A DNA stretch of 64,000 bases from Acidimicrobiia bacterium. GTDB taxonomy: Bacteria; Actinomycetota; Acidimicrobiia; Acidimicrobiales; Bin134. A model generated the notes under the pieces. The model was not told the origin of the DNA, ran no database searches, and was given only the letters and a program-made list of their open reading frames with translations. The DNA is taken from assembly GCA_022826705.1 (NCBI GenBank), contig JAJDUJ010000022.1:44989-108988 (forward strand). The letters run 5' to 3'. The translations under genes were made by a program, and so were the position numbers. Shown piece after piece: positions 58,925 through 64,000 of the stretch. How positions within the stretch are numbered: position 1 is the first letter of the stretch; each line of letters begins with the position of its first letter.

Positions 58925-59779
58925 CTAACCGGTGCGGTCGTGGAGGGGGCCGGCGGGGAGGCGGCCGTCGATGTCGGTGAAGCCGTAGGCATCGGCCATG
59001 TCTCGGGCCGAGACTGCCTGACCGGAATAGCGGGATCGGTCGGCGTCGATGGCCAAGGCGGTCACCGCCCGACCAGTGAACCGGGGCGACTCGGCCGCCG
59101 ACAGGTCCAGGCTCGGCGGCAGTTCAACCCCAGAGTCGACGGCCACGTCGATTCGCTCGGTGCGCACGAAGCCGGGCCACACCGACACCATCGACACCCC
59201 GGTGTCCCCGAGCTCGCGGGAACAGTCGGCAGTCATGCGGTCGAGGGCGCACTTGCCCACCCCGTAGGCCACGTGCCAGGCGTACTCTGTGGCCCCCGAC
59301 GAGCTGATGTTGGCGATCAGGCCGTCGCCTTGATCGATCATCCCCGGGGCGGCCAGCACCGAGGCCACGTAAGCCGAGCGGGTGCCCACATCCATCATGT
59401 CGTCCCAGTTGGAGATGGGCACCTCCCAGAAGGGCAGCATGGCGGTCAGCTCGTCGGGAATGGCAAAGGCGTTGTTCACCAGCACGTCCAAGCGGCCGTG
59501 ATCGGCGGCGATCCGGTCGAACACCGCCCGCACCGCATCGTCGTCGCGGTGGTCGCAGGCCACCGCGGTAGCGGTACCCCCCGCTGCGGTGATCTCCTCC
59601 GCGGTGGCACCCACTGTGCCGGGCAGCGGATGCTGGCCAGCACCTGTTGTACGTCCAGTGATGTACACCGCAGCCCCGGCAGCAGCCAGCTCCAAGACAC
59701 AGCCCTTGCCAATGCCCCGGCTGGCCCCGGTAACTAAGGCCACCTTCCCGGCCAGGGGTGATCCGTCCAGAATGCTCAT
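58925..59779 (-). CDS. SDR-family oxidoreductase
   Basis: ATG 59779 (MSILDGSPLAGKVALVTGASRGIGKG) overlaps the upstream stop (ATGA). YGVGKCA catalytic motif. Confidence 0.85.
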   Translation of the reverse strand: MSILDGSPLAGKVALVTGASRGIGKGCVLELAAAGAAVYITGRTTGAGQHPLPGTVGATAEEITAAGGTATAVACDHRDDDAVRAVFDRIAADHGRLDVLVNNAFAIPDELTAMLPFWEVPISNWDDMMDVGTRSAYVASVLAAPGMIDQGDGLIANISSSGATEYAWHVAYGVGKCALDRMTADCSRELGDTGVSMVSVWPGFVRTERIDVAVDSGVELPPSLDLSAAESPRFTGRAVTALAIDADRSRYSGQAVSARDMADAYGFTDIDGRLPAGPLHDRTG

Positions 59780-60816
59780 GATGGTTCCTCCGGTGGGTTG
59801 GCTATGGCCATGGGGGGCGACGAGCACGAGGTGGATCCCTTGGCCCGGAATGGGGAGTGGCAGAACACGAACCGGTCCACCCCAGCGGCGGCGACCTCCT
59901 CGCAGCTCAGCGACTCCCCAAGGCGGATGCCCTCTTTCACCAGCATGAGCTGGTGGCCCACCGACATCCACCCCTCGGTGGCCTCAAAGTCGTAGAAGCC
60001 CCACATCCAGCTATCGGTGGACACCAACGCCGGACGGTGGGAGGCCAGCCACTTGTTCTCGGCAATCCACGGCCCCGGCGACCCGGCCAAGAACCGCTCA
60101 GGATCTTCCCGAGAAAGGCTGATCCACCCGGTGCGCAGACACAGGGCGTCGCCCGGCCCGGGATCGGGCAGGCTTTGGCGCTCCCAAGCCCCCTCGATCT
60201 GCTCCACAGTGATGCGGTGTCGGTCTGTGAGCCGGGGCAACCCGGCCTGGTTGGTCTCCACATCACCGGTGGTCGCCGCAACCTGGGCGGCCACGTCGAT
60301 CATCAGTCCCCGCGTGAGCAGGGGTGCCCCCCATGAGGGAACGTCCATGGCGGTCACCCCGTCGGTGCGGGCCAGATCTGTGCCCTGGTGGCCGTTGTAG
60401 AAGGTGCCGTCCACCGCCGCGTGGGTGAAGCCGTTGATCTTGGTGCTCATGTTGAAGGTGTACGACACCCGCTCTTCGGAATAGCCCAACTTCGACGGTC
60501 CCAGCCCTTGAGTGCCGCTCACGATCTCGCCCTCAAAGCCCTCGCCGGGGTCGTACCCGGCGATAACCAGCTTCTGGGCGAACTCCCGGGTGCTGTAAGC
60601 GGGATAGCCCGGCCAAATACCGTCACCCATCGAATAGGTGCGAATCGGCCTGGTCAGATCCAGCATCCCCAAGGCGTCGGCCCGCTTCTGCTCGGTGACC
60701 TCGTTGTAGGTGCCCAGCATGTCGTCGGATCCATACCGGCTGGGAGCCCATGCCCCGGCGGCGGTCGCCTCTACATCGAACTTCTCGTCGTCAAACGTCA
60801 CGTCGTCGGAATTCAC
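59776..60816 (-). CDS. putative cyclase-family (kynurenine-formamidase-like) protein
   Basis: The N-terminal RYGSDDMLGTYNEVT...AL pattern is common to long actinobacterial cyclase-family proteins. The HxGTHxD metal motif is only partly recognisable (NGFTHAAVDG). Confidence 0.5.
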   Translation of the reverse strand: MNSDDVTFDDEKFDVEATAAGAWAPSRYGSDDMLGTYNEVTEQKRADALGMLDLTRPIRTYSMGDGIWPGYPAYSTREFAQKLVIAGYDPGEGFEGEIVSGTQGLGPSKLGYSEERVSYTFNMSTKINGFTHAAVDGTFYNGHQGTDLARTDGVTAMDVPSWGAPLLTRGLMIDVAAQVAATTGDVETNQAGLPRLTDRHRITVEQIEGAWERQSLPDPGPGDALCLRTGWISLSREDPERFLAGSPGPWIAENKWLASHRPALVSTDSWMWGFYDFEATEGWMSVGHQLMLVKEGIRLGESLSCEEVAAAGVDRFVFCHSPFRAKGSTSCSSPPMAIANPPEEPS

Positions 60817-60869
60817 TGGCGCAGCCTAGCCATCTTCACCAAGTTCGCTCAGAAGCGACGAAGAGGAGA

Positions 60870-61691
60870 TCAGGCGGGGGCGGAGACGGTGAGGCGGGCC
60901 ATCTCTCGGCGCTGGGGATAGTGGTCGGCCACTGCGAAGTGCTGGGTGCAGCGCTCGTCCCACAAAATCACGTCGCCCTCGGTCCACTCGTAGCGGATCG
61001 TGTAGTTGGGCTGAGTGGCGTGCTCATAAAGGCAGTCGAGCACAGCGTCGCTTTCGGCCCGGTCGAAGCCCACCAGATGGCTGGTGAAGTTCTTGTTCAC
61101 GTTGAGATAGCGGCTGCCGGTATCGGGGTGGACGGCAATCACCGGACGCTCGGTGCCCGGGAACTGCTCCTTCGTGCGGTCATACAACTCCACCCCGGCC
61201 TTGGACTTGAACGACTGGCCCGGCCCCATGTGATGCCAGGCGCTGATCCCCTCCAACCGGTCCCGCAAGGTCTCCGACAGGCCGTCGTAGGCGGCGTACA
61301 TGCTGGCAAAAATGGTGTCGCCGCCCCGGGCCGGCATCTCGATGGCCCGCAGCGTGCCCAGGATGGGCGGATCGGGATCCCAGGTGACATCGGTGTGCCA
61401 CTTGTCCTGGTAGGGCGGACGCTCTTCGTCGTCCACGATGCGCTCTACTTTGGCCTCCACCGCCCCTGCCACCCGGCCGATGGGATGGATGTAGGGCCGG
61501 CCCCAGGGGGCCAGCAACTCCATCTGGTGGGAGTCGTCAATGGATTGACCGGGGAACACCAGCACCAGATGGTTCAGCAGGTGCTTGTAGATCTCGTCCC
61601 GCTCACCGTTGGCCAGCGGTTCCCGGAGGTCGATGTCGGTCACCCGGGCCCCGAGCACTCCCCCGAACGGTTCTACGGTCCAGTCGGCCAT
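60870..61691 (-). CDS. TauD/TfdA-family Fe(II)/2-oxoglutarate dioxygenase
   Basis: WHTDVTW (HxD)...GGDTIFASM...TQHFAVADH. Confidence 0.85.
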   Translation of the reverse strand: MADWTVEPFGGVLGARVTDIDLREPLANGERDEIYKHLLNHLVLVFPGQSIDDSHQMELLAPWGRPYIHPIGRVAGAVEAKVERIVDDEERPPYQDKWHTDVTWDPDPPILGTLRAIEMPARGGDTIFASMYAAYDGLSETLRDRLEGISAWHHMGPGQSFKSKAGVELYDRTKEQFPGTERPVIAVHPDTGSRYLNVNKNFTSHLVGFDRAESDAVLDCLYEHATQPNYTIRYEWTEGDVILWDERCTQHFAVADHYPQRREMARLTVSAPA

Positions 61692-61701
61692 GCTCGGCGC
61701 C

Positions 61702-62373
61702 TTAGAAGAAGCCGCGTCCTTGGACGGCGGCGTTGGCCAGCCATATCTCGAAGTCTTGGATCGACTGGGACATGGCCTGGCCGATGAGATCTAGCTTGCG
61801 CACCTGCTCGATGCGGGCACTGGCCTGCTCCAGCTCCCGCTTGGAGAGCAGCTCGCTGAAGATTCCGCAGGCGTGGGCCAGACAGATGATCACCACGTCG
61901 CGAGGGCTGGGAATCTCATCGCTGAACAGCACGCCCATGATCCGCAGCTTGACCTCCCGCTCGGCTTCACCGTCGATCGTCGGATAGCGGCGCGACCGGA
62001 ACACCCACAAGAAGCGGTCGTCCTCACGCTCCAGAACGCCCCGCTCCACCAACCGGTCCAGCGTCGCCTCCCGGATCTCCGGCGCCTTTTGGGAGGTCTG
62101 CTCCACCCAGTGCCGCGCGTCCTTCTCCTGGCCTTCAACCCCTTGTCCTTCGGCGATCATGGCCAGCGTCGGATCCAACAAGTCGTCGCCTAGCGGGGTG
62201 TCATCCACCAGAATCAGGTGCTCCAAATCGGTGTCTATCCGGTTCTCCATGGCCAGCTCCATCAACACCGCCCCAGCCACGGCCCGGTCCATAGACGACT
62301 GGGGCACGTTGACGAACTTCCCGTCGTCGTCTCGCAACAACAGGAGAAGGATCTCTTCAACAAATCTCAACAT
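61702..62373 (-). CDS. GOLPH3/VPS74 (GPP34)-family protein
   Basis: From ATG 62373: MLRFVEEILLLLLRDDDGKF...AVAGAVLMELAMENRI...LDRLVERGVLERED, the typical GPP34 pattern. Confidence 0.7.
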   Translation of the reverse strand: MLRFVEEILLLLLRDDDGKFVNVPQSSMDRAVAGAVLMELAMENRIDTDLEHLILVDDTPLGDDLLDPTLAMIAEGQGVEGQEKDARHWVEQTSQKAPEIREATLDRLVERGVLEREDDRFLWVFRSRRYPTIDGEAEREVKLRIMGVLFSDEIPSPRDVVIICLAHACGIFSELLSKRELEQASARIEQVRKLDLIGQAMSQSIQDFEIWLANAAVQGRGFF

Positions 62374-62377
62374 AGGC

Positions 62378-63292
62378 CTAACGATAGGCGATGATTTCCT
62401 CGCCGTATTGATGCAGAGCCTCAACAATCTGTGAACGTGTATCACCCGCAATGAGGGCGGCCATCGCGGTGACCCCCACAGCAGCCTGGGCAGCGATGTT
62501 CTCCAAGTGCTGTTCGGCGTTCCAGCCCGTCGTGCCCACTGCCCCTACTTCAAGGTCCATGTACTTGATGTCGATGGGCTCGGTGCGGCCCACCGAAGCG
62601 GCATGGTCGTGGAGATAGGCGATCATCTCGGCCAGCTCATCCAGGGTTTCCAAATGGGCCGAGCGGCGGCGCGAGGCCAATGCCGCCGGGTTGGGCATGG
62701 GCATCCACCCCTGGGCCTTCTCGGCCACCCGGCGACGGGAGAGCTTGGAGTTGCCCCCGATCCATACCGGCACCGGCGACTGCACCGGGGTGGGGAGACC
62801 GGTGCTGTCGGTGATAGTGAAGTTCAGGCCCTGATAGTTCACCGTCTCGCCCGACCAGATCAGCCGCATCACCTCCAAGCTCTCGTCGAAGAGGGCATTG
62901 CGCTGGTCGAAGTCCACTCCCACCGCTTCAAACTCGGAGAGCAGATAGCCCACCCCCGCTCCAAGAATGACCCGACCGCCGCTGAGCCGGTCCAGGGTGG
63001 CCACCGTCTTGGCCAAGATGGCCGGATTTCGATAGGGCACCGGGGTCAGGTTGGTGAGCAGCCGCAGCCGGGCAGTAGCTCCAGCCGCCACTGCCAGCGC
63101 CACGAAAGGGTCGAGGGCATCGTGGCCCCCGCTGGCCAGCCACCGGTCGTTGGGCAGGGGGTGCTCGGTAAGCGAGCAGGAGTCGAACCCCGCCGACTCA
63201 GCGGCCCGAGCAAACTCGGCAATGGCCTCTGCGGTCATGAACTCGGGGTTCTGTGGATGGGCCATCAGCGGAAGGCCGAAGCTGAACTTCAC
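62378..63292 (-). CDS. LLM-class, probably F420-dependent oxidoreductase
   Basis: MKFSFGLP...GFDSCSLTEHP...LDRLSGGRVILGAGVGY. Confidence 0.8.
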   Translation of the reverse strand: MKFSFGLPLMAHPQNPEFMTAEAIAEFARAAESAGFDSCSLTEHPLPNDRWLASGGHDALDPFVALAVAAGATARLRLLTNLTPVPYRNPAILAKTVATLDRLSGGRVILGAGVGYLLSEFEAVGVDFDQRNALFDESLEVMRLIWSGETVNYQGLNFTITDSTGLPTPVQSPVPVWIGGNSKLSRRRVAEKAQGWMPMPNPAALASRRRSAHLETLDELAEMIAYLHDHAASVGRTEPIDIKYMDLEVGAVGTTGWNAEQHLENIAAQAAVGVTAMAALIAGDTRSQIVEALHQYGEEIIAYR

Positions 63293-63339
63293 GCGCTGCT
63301 CCCTTCAATCGCGCCAAGGTGCAGCACGATAACCGACGG

Positions 63340-63371
63340 GCTCTCCGCCGATCACACGATCGGCGGAGAGC
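63340..63371 (-). terminator. strong hairpin downstream of the SBP gene (14-bp perfect stem, 4-nt loop)
   Basis: GCTCTCCGCCGATC-ACAC-GATCGGCGGAGAGC. It starts 37 nt after the stop at 63409. There is no clear U-tract (I-shaped, as is common in high-GC actinobacteria). Confidence 0.5.
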
Positions 63372-63408
63372 GCCGTTGGCTCAATGGATCAATGGTGTGA
63401 GGAGTTGG

Positions 63409-63999
63409 CTAGTTGCCGCCCTCTTTCACCTCGACGGTGCGGCGGGTGTAGTCATTCCCGAACACGTCGAGACCGGCGGCTTCCAGATTGGCAATCGCTT
63501 CCTCGGCGATGTCGGTGCGGAACGCACCGGCATCGGGCGCTGCCTGAAGGATGCCCTGAGACGTGGCCACGTCGATGGTCTGGTCGTACAGGGCTTGGTC
63601 CATGATCCCGACCCCACCCGGTGATGGCCAGATAAGGGCGTTGATCTCGTTCATCATCCAAGCCTGGTGCGCCGGCCCGCCGAAGGGCGGGGAAGCGCTT
63701 ACCACGATGTCGACGCACTGGTCGAAGTTGTCGCGGCAGTGGATCCAACCACGCAGCGATGCCTCCACGAAGCGCACCGCGATGTCGCGGTACTCCGCAT
63801 CGGTCTCCAGCTTGTCGGCGTCGGCCCAGATGGCGTCTTGCAGCATGGCCGTGCCCACGTCGTTCCAGTCGATGACCGAGAGGTCTTCGGGTTGGAAGAG
63901 CTCGCCGGTGTCGGGATTGATGGTCTCGAGCACCTGGGCGTACTCGTTGTAGATCATCGCTTGAGCAGCGTCGATGTCGCCGTTGATGAGCGCGGTCAT
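63409..63999 (-). CDS. ABC substrate-binding protein (NMT1/NitT-TauT-like), C-terminal part; 5' end beyond window
   Basis: The frame is open to the window end. HQAWMMNEINALIWPSPGGVGIMD resembles NMT1/ThiY-type SBPs. Confidence 0.5.
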   Translation of the reverse strand: MTALINGDIDAAQAMIYNEYAQVLETINPDTGELFQPEDLSVIDWNDVGTAMLQDAIWADADKLETDAEYRDIAVRFVEASLRGWIHCRDNFDQCVDIVVSASPPFGGPAHQAWMMNEINALIWPSPGGVGIMDQALYDQTIDVATSQGILQAAPDAGAFRTDIAEEAIANLEAAGLDVFGNDYTRRTVEVKEGGN

Positions 64000-64000
64000 G

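Overview
High-GC (about 70%) chromosomal segment that is almost fully coding. It looks like Actinomycetota: putative F420-type LLM/PPOX enzymes, Tat-lipoprotein signals and a Streptomyces-like hopanoid gene order. I cannot assign taxonomy further. Contents from left to right are as follows. (1) The 3' 760 codons of a DUF499/BrxC-like ATPase, followed by a VapBC toxin-antitoxin pair. (2) Aminopeptidase N. (3) A complete, translationally coupled hopanoid operon: hpnC-hpnD-hpnE-polyprenyl synthase-shc-hpnG-hpnH. (4) A MerR-TetR fusion regulator and a ferredoxin/ferredoxin-reductase pair. (5) A 3.5-kb low-GC islet (40-55% GC). It carries a RelE/ParE-like toxin, a T5orf172 nuclease-like protein, an ImmA/IrrE-like HExxH protease and a membrane-anchored orphan. 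This is my best candidate for an undescribed defence-type module. (6) A lipid/sterol-side-chain-type operon: Zn-ADH, a stand-alone PEP-utilising swivel domain, two DUF35 proteins and two Cys-less thiolase-like proteins. (7) A 12-gene aromatic ring-cleavage operon with an IclR regulator and tandem operator palindromes. It encodes a PnpCD-like two-subunit dioxygenase, a CoA-transferase, maleylacetate reductase, a Liv-type ABC importer, a thiolase and hydroxyquinol 1,2-dioxygenase. (8) An orphan CoxE-type VWA protein and a 14-blade RCC1-repeat lipoprotein with recent internal duplications. (9) More beta-oxidation-type and putative F420-type genes. These include a paralogous thiolase/DUF35 cluster in which the two DUF35 genes are fused, an orphan P-II protein, a GOLPH3/GPP34 homologue and an epoxide hydrolase-SDR-cyclase-TauD operon. 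I could not support any rRNA, tRNA, CRISPR array, transposase or integrase. All calls come from reading the translations and DNA by eye; no database search was run. Many long ORFs in the six-frame track are antisense or N-terminal-extension artefacts of the high GC content.
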